A stretch of 59,936 nucleotides of DNA, counting the filler, from Stramenopiles sp. TOSAG23-3 (taxonomy: Eukaryota), in NCBI GenBank assembly GCA_900128585.1. It is 9 parts of 9 records of this genome, joined end to end, with 100 filler letters (N's around TTAATTAATTAA, not from the genome) between each part and the next. Parts side by side here need not be neighbours in the genome. Positions count along the whole stretch, not along the records: positions 36,823 to 44,070 come from LT643179.1; positions 44,171 to 51,413 come from LT643180.1; positions 51,514 to 58,745 come from LT643181.1; 6 more parts are not named here. One strand, written 5' to 3'. The translations under genes and the position numbers were made by a program. The notes beneath the pieces are model-generated. The model saw nothing but the letters and a program-made list of their open reading frames with translations, had not been told where the DNA came from and searched no databases. Below, in pieces: positions 42,245 to 53,401 of this stretch. Numbering within the stretch: position 1 is the stretch's first letter; each line of letters opens with the position of its first letter.

Positions 42245-42778
42245 CTGAAACTGTACACTGCATTATTAATATTTGTACTTGTATTTACTTCTAGTATACA
42301 TATAAATAGGTATTACGAGGAAGAAATTCTTCCTTCTTCTATCCGTTCAACATTTATTACGAAACTCGTAATTACGATACTTCATAAACTTAAGGATGTA
42401 ATCATATGATGGATCTTAATTCGAATATTGTATTCAATCATATATAAAGTAGTAAATGTATAATAGAAATCCTGAAGATACGTTCATACCTTATTTATAG
42501 AAGAGACATATCCGCGAAAAGAAAAAATTATTATTTATTTATAATAAAATAATAAAATAGTCTGAATAAAGTACATAAGTTAACGAGAATTCGACACCCC
42601 CCGACTAGCGGTGGTTTTTTTACAGTTGTTAAGAATGTTGGTGGCATGATATCTACTAATTATAAAGTGAACAGTGTCCGGACCTATATGTTTCCAGACA
42701 GTTCTCTCTGTAAACACTAAAAAAGAAAAGTCACCATTGCAAGAGTTTGCATACACATTCTTGAAATAATTTGTAAGG

Positions 42779-43999
42779 ATGCCGTTGGTCGGAGAACAGG
42801 AGCAAATGTCCCGCCTTAGCAAAGAGTTTGCAAGCTCTTTTAGCAACGTGAAGATAGCTCAGATTGAGCAAACAAATGTGTCCAGAGAACGTAATGTTTT
42901 TCGTCGCCTGCACAATCCAAAGGCGTATAGTGGTATAAGTGGTCGCCGGCACGGTAAGTTTGTGCAAGGGAGAAAAAATCTACGTGCCTTTCACGTTCAT
43001 GAGGGCTTTGGGATGGACCGCACCCTGAACACTCGTCTAAACGTCGATAAACACTTAATAGAACATGGCTCCGGGGTCAACACTCGAGTGGAACGGATTA
43101 GGGGTAGATCTAGCGATTTTCAACCGTCTTATAGCTCAAAGCAGTCTATAGAAGAGAACGAGAAAGTCCTTGCTGATGTCCTCCGACCTGGGGTGCAACC
43201 AGAAGGGGCGCTCAAGACCGCCCGTCCCATTTCCGCAAACTCCCCGCAGTCGAGGTATAAAACGACGCGAAAGCAGTCGATTGATGCCAGGGCTGCGCTG
43301 GCTTCTTACGCCCGTCGAAACGAAAAGTTACAATTGAATGAACTTAGGGCCGAGCTAGTGATAGCACACCAAGAGAAGCAAGAACTAGAAAGTTTGGTGA
43401 GAAAATTTATATCTGAAAATGAAGAACTTAGGGCAGCGGTGGAACGGAGCGAGCTGAACAAACAGAAAACTCCCCCTGAGACTGTCGTAGTTACTGACTT
43501 TGGTGCATCAGAAGGCGCTTTAACTATCCGTGAAATAGTGATAGAAAACAAAAAACTAAAACACTTAACTGCAGAACTTTTGCAAGAGAAGGAGGAGGCA
43601 GAAATTATGACCCAGTTTCTCATCGATAAGATGGATTCTGAGAACAAGGAAGTTGGTCTAACCGACGACGATACTGCTGCCACGAAACTTCAGACAGACC
43701 TTGAATTAATGACAAATGCTAAGAATGAAGCAGAGATTATGGCAAAATATTTGATGAAGCAGTTGGAGGTACTTCAACAGCAAGTGGAGGGGGGCGATGT
43801 GGCAGTTCCAGACGCGAAGGGCTTAGATTACGAAATAGGATACGTTGGCAAGGAGGAGCCAAACATTGATTATGAAGAAGGAAACGCTGGAGGTGAGGTT
43901 GGAGATGACCAAGAGCACGTCGAAGTTGACGCTGCAAAAGAGAAAATGGAAGCAATGGTTATTAGCCAAGACGTGAAAGCCCGGACACCAGAAGCATAA
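42779..43999 (+). CDS. Coiled-coil hypothetical protein
   Basis: 406 aa, heptad-rich, with an internal repeat EKEEAEIMTQFL / AKNEAEIMAKYL and an acidic tail. Confidence 0.75.
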   Translation: MPLVGEQEQMSRLSKEFASSFSNVKIAQIEQTNVSRERNVFRRLHNPKAYSGISGRRHGKFVQGRKNLRAFHVHEGFGMDRTLNTRLNVDKHLIEHGSGVNTRVERIRGRSSDFQPSYSSKQSIEENEKVLADVLRPGVQPEGALKTARPISANSPQSRYKTTRKQSIDARAALASYARRNEKLQLNELRAELVIAHQEKQELESLVRKFISENEELRAAVERSELNKQKTPPETVVVTDFGASEGALTIREIVIENKKLKHLTAELLQEKEEAEIMTQFLIDKMDSENKEVGLTDDDTAATKLQTDLELMTNAKNEAEIMAKYLMKQLEVLQQQVEGGDVAVPDAKGLDYEIGYVGKEEPNIDYEEGNAGGEVGDDQEHVEVDAAKEKMEAMVISQDVKARTPEA

Positions 44000-44070
44000 A
44001 AATTAAGAAAAAGTGAAAAATAAAATTAAATAATAATAATAATAAAAAAATAAGAAAAATATGATGAGAG

Positions 44071-44170
44071 NNNNNNNNNNNNNNNNNNNNNNNNNNNNNN
44101 NNNNNNNNNNNNNNTTAATTAATTAANNNNNNNNNNNNNNNNNNNNNNNNNNNNNNNNNNNNNNNNNNNN
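44071..44170. other. Artificial contig linker
   Basis: N44-TTAATTAATTAA-N44. Confidence 0.98.
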
Positions 44171-44427
44171 ATTGCTACGGGGAGCGTTTCAAAACAATGT
44201 TTTTCGGAATGAACGATCCAGGGACCGAAAGGTGTGAAAATTGCAAGAAGACTAGGCAAGAAGCGGGCTGGGCTATCTGGTTGCCGTTCGATGCTCTCCC
44301 TCGCGGGTTTCGGGAACAGATGGAACGGCGCCACGGGCCTAAAATTACTACCTGCCTCCGAACAAAATTCCCCAGTTGTACCGTTGCATTCGATGATGAA
44401 ACAAACCCACCGTCCGTCTAATTTCAT
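44171..44427 (-). CDS. Possible 5' part of a gene cut by the contig edge
   Basis: GC-rich segment next to an AT-rich spacer, with an ATG-initiated frame open to the edge. No recognisable domain. Confidence 0.3.
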
Positions 44428-45186
44428 TTTTTAAATACAAATTACATTTTTCATCTCATCGTCGAAGTAATTTTGAAAAGTGAAAAGTGAGTGGGACTAT
44501 AAGATAAATTAAGAACTAAGAAAAAGAGTATAATATATTTTAAAAAAATTAAAAAACAAAAATAGGAAACAAGGTGATGGTGTTGGTCCTTTCTCTAAAT
44601 ATGATCCCCTTTTTCTCCTCTCTTTTCTCTTCTTCTCCTCTTCTTTTCATTTTTTTTACTTTTTTGATCGATCATCCCATCAATCAAGCCCCAACAACCA
44701 AATGTGATCAATCATCAATTTTATGATCTTCTTCTTCTATAATAATAAAATTAGGATGATCAGGATTGATCAGGTAGAAAATAATATTATTATTATGTCA
44801 TTAATTAGCTTAATAATCCTTATTATAGAATAAAGAAGAAGTTGTACTTATATATATCTAGAACCGTAAGAGATAATTTCTTATCTTTAAGTTTTAGGTA
44901 AATAATATTTAAATATCGAATTTTTATAATTTAAAAGAGAACAATTTGGAGATCTTCTTTTGGTGGTGGTGGTGGTGGAGCTATTACATTTCTCTTCTTC
45001 TTCTTAACGATTATTTCATATATAGAAAGAGATTATAACAAAGCTTTAAATAAAGTTCGTTTTTTAAATTGAAAAGATTTGGTTTGAAAGAGATACATTT
45101 GGTATCTTTGTCGAAACGGAGAAAAGAAGCCATTTGCTACCCACTAGAATAAACACAACCACGCGCGCACCAGATAGAGAACAGGT

Positions 45187-47295
45187 ATGAGTAAGAACGA
45201 CACCCCTGTTTCGACGACCATGAAGGCTTTGGAGGTAGAGACTCCGGTAACGGAGACTAAGAATCCGATGGTAAGTGATTCGAGTGACGACGAGGAGGGT
45301 GATAATCAAATGGTAAGTGATCCGAGACAGGGGTTTCTTGATAGTTTATCGTTCTGCAAACTACTGGGGTGTCGCGGGGCCGCGTACATGATCCTATTGC
45401 TCATCGTCGGCGCGCTCCATTTTATCCTCTTCTTCATCGTCACACACAACGGGGTACAACCGTTTGCGCGGGTGAGTAGAGAATTTGCCTGGATTTTTCT
45501 TTTGTTTGCTTGCTTGTTCCTGCTTGCTTTAATCCGCGCACTAATACCAAAATACTGGCGAAATCTGGCCCAGCGCGTTTACGACAACTCCCAAGGCAAT
45601 CGAAAAAGCGCTCGTCCTAAGCGACCACCAAACCCAATTGTTCGACTTCATCGTGCGTACCAGGACAACTTTAACTTGAACGGGAAGTTTTACTTGTGGC
45701 GGCTTCATCTGTTTGAATTCATGGAAAATTACGTTTCTGTGTATAATATGAGAACGATATACTTGTGCTCGCTGCCGCATTATGTGTGCATGATATTGAT
45801 GGCCCTCTTGATTGCAGAATCACTTTATAGGGCGCACAGTATGGTTGGGTACTTGTGGAGACGCGAAGCAGTTTCAAAGAAAAAACGTGATTTACAAATT
45901 ACAATTGATATTGTAGTGGATATGGTGTTTTTAATCTTACCGTTTGTTGTTGCAGAGATTTATTTAGTCGCATTATCTATACACGAGATCATTGCCATCG
46001 TAACCTTGCCGTCACTGTCGCTTTTAAGCAAGCTTCGCAAGATGGTCCAGGAGGCAATCGAGGACCGGGCCGACCAAATTGTGACAAGTGTTTTAATGCG
46101 GCGTTCCCAAACTCACGAACGGCGTCGCCAAAGCATGTTTGGTAACTCGCGAAGGGAGCAAGTGGAGGCAACGCAGGAGAAATATTTTCCAAGATGGGCT
46201 AAATTAGGCGTATTCTCCCTTAGTGTAATTTACGTGTTCGTACTCCTCTTAATCGGAGTGGTGCAACTGGTAACGGTTTCGCAGGTCAAGGATACATGCG
46301 ACTGTTTTGTCGACCCGGCGTGCGAGAGTGCGGCGGAACGTTTTGAAAACGCATCGTCGCTTCGCCCATCGACCAACGCGTCCAACGGCATCTTTTCCAC
46401 AGGTTGTCGTGTCAAGGCGCCCTTTTGCGCCAATCTTTTGGTGCCTGCGTGCAATTGCGCGGTGTTTGAAGTAAACGATCACAAGTTAGAGCGGTTGTCG
46501 GATAAGTTTGTTGAGTTGACAGCGCTGCGAAAAGTGACACTGACCAGTGGGCCGTTGGAAGAACTGCCAAAGAAGATGGAGAAGTTGAATCAGATTACGT
46601 TCTTTGATATATCGTTTAACCGGGTTCAAACGTTCAACGTCGATGTCGGGAAATGGGGCAGGTTAGTGACGTTAATGATTCGTTTTAATAATATAACTAG
46701 TGTGCATCCAAGTGTCTGGAAGCACAAAACGTTGATAGCCCTTGAAGCAAATAGTAACCTTGGGCTGCACATCCCTGATGGAACCGAAAAACTATTTTTG
46801 CCAAGTTTGTTCGTTCTGGACATGACCAACAACAGTTGTTTATTACCAAGCTCTCTTGGCCCATCTGCATTGCCCCAAATCGGCAGCCTCACGGTAGATG
46901 GGAATCAACTCCGCGACGGACGTTTTCCCAGCGGGTTTGAAAACTTCTTTGATACTGTGCAAACTCTTGGTATTTCACACCTTGGAGTCACTGCTTTACC
47001 GAAGTTTATTACAACATTTCATGCATTGCGTTATTTGAACGCAAGAAACAACCTTTTGTCAAACATATCAAGCGCTTTCGAAAGTTACATCGCCATGCAA
47101 CAGAAGTCCTCGGCTGGGTTTGCTATTTACCTTTCGGGCAATCCAGGTTGCTCAAGTCACCCGGAAAGTTTACCTTCATGCGAACCCCTGTGCAGTGAAT
47201 ATTGCCCATCAGAATCGTATGTAGGAGACGGTGTGTACTGCGATGCTGGTTGCAATTCACAAGATTGCAATTTAGATGGAGGCGACTGTAAATAA
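45187..47295 (+). CDS. Multi-TM (6-7) protein with C-terminal LRRs and an LNR (Lin-12/Notch) repeat; paralog 1
   Basis: 702 aa. LRRs such as LNQITFFDISFNRV and LRYLNARNNLL. Cap YLSGNPGC. LNR CPSESYVGDGVYCDAGCNSQDCNLDGGDC. Confidence 0.88.
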   Translation: MSKNDTPVSTTMKALEVETPVTETKNPMVSDSSDDEEGDNQMVSDPRQGFLDSLSFCKLLGCRGAAYMILLLIVGALHFILFFIVTHNGVQPFARVSREFAWIFLLFACLFLLALIRALIPKYWRNLAQRVYDNSQGNRKSARPKRPPNPIVRLHRAYQDNFNLNGKFYLWRLHLFEFMENYVSVYNMRTIYLCSLPHYVCMILMALLIAESLYRAHSMVGYLWRREAVSKKKRDLQITIDIVVDMVFLILPFVVAEIYLVALSIHEIIAIVTLPSLSLLSKLRKMVQEAIEDRADQIVTSVLMRRSQTHERRRQSMFGNSRREQVEATQEKYFPRWAKLGVFSLSVIYVFVLLLIGVVQLVTVSQVKDTCDCFVDPACESAAERFENASSLRPSTNASNGIFSTGCRVKAPFCANLLVPACNCAVFEVNDHKLERLSDKFVELTALRKVTLTSGPLEELPKKMEKLNQITFFDISFNRVQTFNVDVGKWGRLVTLMIRFNNITSVHPSVWKHKTLIALEANSNLGLHIPDGTEKLFLPSLFVLDMTNNSCLLPSSLGPSALPQIGSLTVDGNQLRDGRFPSGFENFFDTVQTLGISHLGVTALPKFITTFHALRYLNARNNLLSNISSAFESYIAMQQKSSAGFAIYLSGNPGCSSHPESLPSCEPLCSEYCPSESYVGDGVYCDAGCNSQDCNLDGGDCK

Positions 47296-47463
47296 AAGAT
47301 GTCAGTCAGTTCGATTAATAAATTATTCTCAGTAAAATTAAAAACAAATAAAAATGAACTTTGCTATTTGCCCTTTCCCTGCCTTTGACCCTCTCGTGCC
47401 TTTTAGATTAGAAACCCCGTCTTTATAAAACGAGCAGTAGAATGCGTACGTAGTCACCGCACT

Positions 47464-48147
47464 TTAGCACCTTGGTTTCCTACCACTCTGAAGGAGGTTG
47501 CGGCGATTAAAACCAAGCTTTTGTGATGGGAGATTCATGTCGGAAGATTTGATTTTGTTGGTGTACCCTTCCACATCTTTCGCACATTTCTTGCCACCAT
47601 TCGAAAGGCAGTGGGTCAGGTGGCTTTCAGCACCAAGCCCAAGTGATGCTTTACCTTTGAACCAAAGTTTGGTCAGTTCCGCTGATGATCCAGAATTCCT
47701 GTAAGTAGTTGCCCATTTATTTTCAGTAGGAGCAGATTTACTGGTTTTTCTCAACGGCAAATTCCACAGCAAACGTCGGCGGCTTGATAGCGGTCGTGCT
47801 CGGGTAACTTTTACCTCTGTGCCATCCCTTTTCAACTTGCACGCAGCTGCGTTGTTTTCAACTTCCTTGCCATCACAGCATTTCATACTAATCTTTAAAG
47901 TTGTGCCTTTAAAACTGTACTTAACGCCACCAATGGTTCCTTTGCACTCATCTTCTTCCGATGGTACGCTATCAAATTGTTCTGTCGTGCGCAGTTTAAA
48001 ACCAAGGCCGCACTGTTTTTCATTCGTCAAAAACTCATTGAATTCCAAAGTTTCTTGGAAGCAACTGTTGGCGTGCGCGCCTTGGCACAAGTGTGCCGCG
48101 GCGAGCACAGAAGCGCCTACAAGAATTGCTTTGGTAGAAAACGGCAT
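47464..48147 (-). CDS. Secreted Cys-containing protein with two RRxLL motifs
   Basis: 227 aa. Signal peptide, then SRRRLLW and NRRNLLQ. Confidence 0.75.
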   Translation of the reverse strand: MPFSTKAILVGASVLAAAHLCQGAHANSCFQETLEFNEFLTNEKQCGLGFKLRTTEQFDSVPSEEDECKGTIGGVKYSFKGTTLKISMKCCDGKEVENNAAACKLKRDGTEVKVTRARPLSSRRRLLWNLPLRKTSKSAPTENKWATTYRNSGSSAELTKLWFKGKASLGLGAESHLTHCLSNGGKKCAKDVEGYTNKIKSSDMNLPSQKLGFNRRNLLQSGRKPRC

Positions 48148-49205
48148 GGTTTCTCTTTACGCACAGGTTTCAATTGTTCAAATCGATTATTTTTTTAATT
48201 TCCTTTGTAATTAAAAATCTAAATGCAGTGATGAAATCAGTTTTTCAAAATCACACAAACGCACAAACAAACATAACTTCAACTAAATACATTTTACTAT
48301 ACCTACATAATTATTTGTCGTTTCGTTTCGTTTCGTTTCGTTTCGTTTCTTCTTTTTTCACTTTTCTTTTGTCATTTTGTGTTTTTGTGATTATTTGTTG
48401 TATTTTTTTAATAATTTTTTCTTCTTTTATTGCTTCTTTAATAATAAATTTGTAATTGTTATGCTGTGTCTATGTAGTAATATATTTTGATGAACCAATG
48501 TACTTCGCTCGTATATATTAATAATACATCTAATAGCAAAGGAATATATAATTCCTGAATCCCTTTTCTTCCCTTTTCTCCCTTTTTTCCCTTTTCTCCT
48601 TTTCTCCCCCCTTTTTTTGTAGAGAAGAAGAAAGAAGAAGAAGATGTCTCCTTTATGACTTTTTTATGACTTTATGAGAAAATATTTTTTATGACTTTAT
48701 GAGAAAATACGAAATATTAAAATTAAGGGGGGATATTTCTATTAAATATATTAACTTTTAACTATAAGAATAATACAAAAACAAAGAAAGAAGAAGACGA
48801 AACAAAAAAATCAAAAAAGAGTTTTAATTATAAAATTATAAATATAAAATAAAAAGAGTAGTTGTTATTATAGTTATAGTTACATAAAATTATTTAACTA
48901 GTTTAATCATAATGGATATTATTTTTAAGGTATTTATATAGAAGAAGAACAATGTTTGTTTTTTTTTGTTAGAAAAAAAAGAGCGAGCGCCCTCTTCTTA
49001 CTAGATAACGATGCAAACACAAAGACATGTATGAATCAAAAATGTAATGAATATAAAAGAAAGACAATGTAATGTTTTTGTTCTACTCCATTCGTTCTTC
49101 ATTTGAGATATGCACCGATCTTCGTTGGTTTGTGATGGTGTGCACTTGGTGTTCCGTCTTGTTGCGAATAGAAAACATTCACGTATACAACGATAAGGAA
49201 CGATC

Positions 49206-51308
49206 ATGGGCGATGGCGATACGGCCGTGGCAAAGGTCATGGAAGTGGATGGATCGTCTATTAAGTACATGAACCCTATGGTAAAAATGCGCGGCGATTC
49301 AGACAACGAGGTTGATTTGAATAGCCCTAAACTTGGGCAAAAGAGTCAATTTAGACAACGCATTTCCTGCTGCAACTTGTTTGGAGTCCGTGGGCTTGTC
49401 CATTTATTCCTAGTGGTGCTGGTGGCCTTGTTACACTTTGCCTTGTTCTATGCCTACTCCCACAATGGGTTTCGGCCATTCGCCCGGATGAACAGAGAGT
49501 TTCTTTGGGTATTTTTACTATTTTTCTGCCTGTTCTCTGCGATTTTTGTTCGCGCCGTTGCCCCCTGCTACTGGAAAAAAGCCGCCATGGATTTCGTTTC
49601 GCTACACCATCATGTTGGGAGGCGCAAAACAGTCGAGGCACAGTCAAACGTCTTTAGGGTGGCGTACAAAAAGTACAAAGAATTGTTCAGTATGAACGGG
49701 AAGTATTACCTCTCTCGTTTGTACATGTACGAATTTATGGAAAACTACGTGTCAGTGTATAACTTGCGGACGATATACTTGTGCACGATGCCACATTGGG
49801 CATGCGTAATTATATTGGGCGTGTTAACTGTCGAGTCTAGCTACCGGGCGTTTAGTACGGCAGGGTTTGCATGGAACGACGAACCCGTGACAAAAACAAA
49901 ACGGGACTTGCAAATTGCGATTGACATTTTTGTCGACATTATATTTTTATTCTTCCCCTTTGCAACTGTGTTTCACCATGGGATACCATTGACACTGCAG
50001 GAGTGCGTGTTCATAGTCCTATTTCCCTCCATCTCCCTGGCCAGCAAGTTGCAAAAAATGATAAAGGAAGCCATCTCGGACAATGCCGAAGGGATCGCGG
50101 TTAGGATGGAGAAAATGATCTCAAAGTCCCAACGGCGCCAAAGAGAAAGTCTGTTTGGTAAGTCACGGGTGCAGCTTTTGGAAGCGCTTCAAGACGCCCA
50201 TTTTCCAAGGTGGGCCAAGTTTGGGGTCTTTTTGCTCAGTGCCGTGTACGCCGGTGTGCTTGCTGCGATTCTTATTGTGCAGCTTGCAAGGGTGTCGCAG
50301 GTTGAGAACGCGTGTGAGTGTTACGTCAACCCAGCGTGCGAAGGCGGTGCGGTGCAGGATCTTCAAAACGCTTCCAACGCAACGCACACGGCCGCAGGGA
50401 TGTTCTCGGTGGGATGCCGCGTAAAAACCCCGTTCTGCGACAACCTTTTGGCTCCTTCGTGTGATTGCGCCATGTTTGAAGCGAAAGGTCACGGCCTGAG
50501 ATACCTGTCGGACAAGTTCGTGGAGATGTCGGCGTTGCGAAAGGTCGTTCTACAAAGTGGGCCGTTGGAAGAGTTACCGGGAGGCATGGAGAAATTGAAC
50601 CAGATGGCCTATTTTGATGTCTCCTTTAATCGGTTGCAACGCTTTGGTGTAAATGTAAAGCACTGGGGCACACTGATTGATTTAAGAATACCCTTTAACA
50701 ATGTAACGGGTGTGCATTCTGAGCTGTGGAAGCACAAGACGATAGTTAACCTTCGGGTGAACAGCAATGTAGGTCTGTCTCTACCATCTGTTCAGGGCCA
50801 TTTATTTATGCCGAGTTTATTCTTTCTTGACATAGCAAACAACAGCCAGGCCTTGCCGCTCGTGTTTGGCCCAAACGAACTTCCGCAAGTGGGCAGCCTC
50901 GATATAAGTGGAAATAAACTTCGGGGCGGCATACTCCCAAAGCAATTTGATAAATTTTCTGAATCTATCCAAAGTTTGAGTATAGCAAGACTAGGGCTTT
51001 CTTCATTGCCAGAATATATCACGACCTTTAGCGACATGGTTTATATGGATGCACGAAACAACAGCATTTTTAACATTTCTAGATCACTGCGCGGGTACTT
51101 TGAGGAACACTCGAACTTCGAATTGTACTTCTCGGGCAATCCTGGGTGCACTCGCGCGTCTGTTTTTTTACCATCCTGCACCGCATTATGCAGTGACTTT
51201 TGTTACTCAAACTCGTTTTTGGGGGACGGCCAGTGTGATGCTGTTTGCAACTCACAACACTGCGATTTGGATGGGCGGGACTGTTTGGACAGAAAAACAG
51301 TTTTTTAG
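49206..51308 (+). CDS. Multi-TM, LRR and LNR protein; paralog 2
   Basis: 700 aa, collinear with paralog 1 (EFMENYVSVYN.RTIYLC, KRDLQI.IDI.VD, FPRWAK.GVF, SGPLEELP..MEKLNQ). LNR FLGDGQCDAVCNSQHCDLDGRDC. Confidence 0.88.
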   Translation: MGDGDTAVAKVMEVDGSSIKYMNPMVKMRGDSDNEVDLNSPKLGQKSQFRQRISCCNLFGVRGLVHLFLVVLVALLHFALFYAYSHNGFRPFARMNREFLWVFLLFFCLFSAIFVRAVAPCYWKKAAMDFVSLHHHVGRRKTVEAQSNVFRVAYKKYKELFSMNGKYYLSRLYMYEFMENYVSVYNLRTIYLCTMPHWACVIILGVLTVESSYRAFSTAGFAWNDEPVTKTKRDLQIAIDIFVDIIFLFFPFATVFHHGIPLTLQECVFIVLFPSISLASKLQKMIKEAISDNAEGIAVRMEKMISKSQRRQRESLFGKSRVQLLEALQDAHFPRWAKFGVFLLSAVYAGVLAAILIVQLARVSQVENACECYVNPACEGGAVQDLQNASNATHTAAGMFSVGCRVKTPFCDNLLAPSCDCAMFEAKGHGLRYLSDKFVEMSALRKVVLQSGPLEELPGGMEKLNQMAYFDVSFNRLQRFGVNVKHWGTLIDLRIPFNNVTGVHSELWKHKTIVNLRVNSNVGLSLPSVQGHLFMPSLFFLDIANNSQALPLVFGPNELPQVGSLDISGNKLRGGILPKQFDKFSESIQSLSIARLGLSSLPEYITTFSDMVYMDARNNSIFNISRSLRGYFEEHSNFELYFSGNPGCTRASVFLPSCTALCSDFCYSNSFLGDGQCDAVCNSQHCDLDGRDCLDRKTVF

Positions 51309-51390
51309 GGGCCTAGATGATAATAAAAAATATTGTGGGTCAAATGTGTCAATTCATCACCCACACAAAGAAGGAAATACAAATGTTTTG

Positions 51391-51413
51391 TTTAAAAACA
51401 AGAAAATTGGCTG
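51391..51413 (+). repeat. Dispersed element, copy E (cut at contig end)
   Basis: TTTAAAAACAAGAAAATTGGCTG matches the start of copy A. Confidence 0.75.
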
Positions 51414-51513
51414 NNNNNNNNNNNNNNNNNNNNNNNNNNNNNNNNNNNNNNNNNNNNTTAATTAATTAANNNNNNNNNNNNNNNNNNNNNNNNNNNNNNN
51501 NNNNNNNNNNNNN
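51414..51513. other. Artificial contig linker
   Basis: N44-TTAATTAATTAA-N44. Confidence 0.98.
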
Positions 51514-51842
51514 ATAACAGCATAATAGGTGTGGTTCTATGGTGTGTCTATATTAGAGTTCAAAACCGCATTATTTGGAAAAAGAAATTTGTGAAAATTA
51601 AGGAAAAAGAGAAAAATATTGAACAATTTTTATTTTTACAATGCTATTATGCTGTAAAAATGAAAAACCTTAAAATTTACCAAAAAAGGACAGAATGTAG
51701 TATATACTACTATAATGTGTTTTATCTCTTTAATAATGTGCCGGGTTAAACTTTGCTGTAAACAGATCAAAATATAACATTTTATTTACTCTCGTACTTA
51801 ACATAATATAGTACAAAAACTTACGCTTATATTATTCATTTT

Positions 51843-52913
51843 TTAATACAGGTGCAATTTCGTAACTATCATCACCCTGAGCGATTGGTCCAAACAGGCC
51901 ATGCATGCCAGCCCTTCTTTGTCTGGACTCCAATCAAAGGACACGACCGGCTGGGTGGATATGATCTTGGCATTTAACAATTCTACCGATCCTGGGACAC
52001 CCTTGAGGATCCCTTGCGCGTCCTTCACCGTGCGTTGGGCGGGGTATTTGTATTTGTATATGTTCAAGCCGCCGTTTCCTCCGCAGGTCATGAACAGATC
52101 TCGGTTCTGCGGCAGGTGCTTTCCCATCCACACCGTCGCTTTGTGGGCCTTTTCTGACAAATGGGCGAACCCTTCCTCCTTGTGCTGGGTTCGAACGTCG
52201 TATATGCGGAATTTCGATTCCAGCGTCGCCGTCAGCAATTTGTTCATCTCGATGTCCTTGCGGTCGAACTCGAGTCCGACCACACCGTTTCCTACGTTCG
52301 ATTCCCAACGGATCGAGTTCGTGCGCAAATCGAACATCTTTATGTCCCCGTTGTCGTACCCGGCGGCAATGACGCGCTCCTCGTCGTTGTACGAGTTCCC
52401 AAAGCTCACGGTCCAGCAGTCACGGGCGCCTTCCTTCTCGTCCGGCTCCAGGGACACCACGGGCTGCGCAACGCGGGGGTCCCAGACGCGGACGGTCCCG
52501 TCGCGACTGCCCGTCACCAGCTCTGGGGCGCCGTTCCCTATGTCGAGCCCCCCGCATCCATCGATGCAATTAACAATCTTGTCGTGGGCCTGCACGTCGA
52601 AAATCGGCTTGTCCAGGCGCTCCATGTCCCAAATGTTCAACCTGCCCTTGTAGTCCCCAGTGGCCAGGGACCGGTTCTCAATGGAGGAGGCGCCAAAGGT
52701 CCCGCACTTAAACCCATTGGCCCACTGCTTGTTCTGTACTTCTTTCAAATCTCCTTTACTCAACTCGTAGGTCTTCAACACACCGTGTCCCCGCGGAGCG
52801 ATGCCCAACGCTACCATCCTCGCAGAGCACGGGACCCACCGGGTTTCGTAAGGGGTAAAATCAACATTTTGATGGATATGTTCAATAATTTGTGGCGCGT
52901 CCGTTGTATCCAT
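51843..52913 (-). CDS. WDR92: WDR92 (Monad/DNAAF10), axonemal dynein assembly factor
   Basis: ATG at 52913 (MDTTDAPQIIEH). Diagnostic FKCGTFGASS, GAPELVTGSRDG, FDRKDIEMNKL, HLPQNRDLFMT and FDWSPDKEGL. Confidence 0.96.
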   Translation of the reverse strand: MDTTDAPQIIEHIHQNVDFTPYETRWVPCSARMVALGIAPRGHGVLKTYELSKGDLKEVQNKQWANGFKCGTFGASSIENRSLATGDYKGRLNIWDMERLDKPIFDVQAHDKIVNCIDGCGGLDIGNGAPELVTGSRDGTVRVWDPRVAQPVVSLEPDEKEGARDCWTVSFGNSYNDEERVIAAGYDNGDIKMFDLRTNSIRWESNVGNGVVGLEFDRKDIEMNKLLTATLESKFRIYDVRTQHKEEGFAHLSEKAHKATVWMGKHLPQNRDLFMTCGGNGGLNIYKYKYPAQRTVKDAQGILKGVPGSVELLNAKIISTQPVVSFDWSPDKEGLACMACLDQSLRVMIVTKLHLY

Positions 52914-53345
52914 GACTCTTGTTTTTTCACACACGCACACAACAGGAGTGTTTGTAATGAAGGGAATAAAAAATCTAAGAGCAGAAAAGTGAGGGAACGT
53001 TATACATATACTACAAACGTAAATGTTCCGCCTTTTGTTCAACCACTTCGTCTTTTATATTTCCTTTCGTTTGCCTTCCGTTCCCTTTCGTTTCTGTTAC
53101 TTTCAGATACATCAAATAAATATAAAGAGTAAAATAAATACTACCAAGTACCAAGTATTAGAAATAAAATAATGAAGAAATCTTCTTCTTTCTTCTTCTT
53201 CTTCTTCTACCAACTTGGTACGGTATACCACCTCCTTTTCTTTACATTCTTCTTTTCTTTTTTAAAATTAATTTAAAAAAAAAAATATGAAAAAAACAAT
53301 ATTTTAATATAAACACAGCATTAGTATTGAAAATTATTATAATAA

Positions 53346-53401
53346 TTCTTTCTTTCTTTCTTTCTTCTTCTTCTTCTTCTTCTTCTTCTTCTTCTTCTTC
53401 T
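53346..53401. repeat. (TTTC)/(TTC)n microsatellite
   Basis: Direct reading. Confidence 0.85.
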
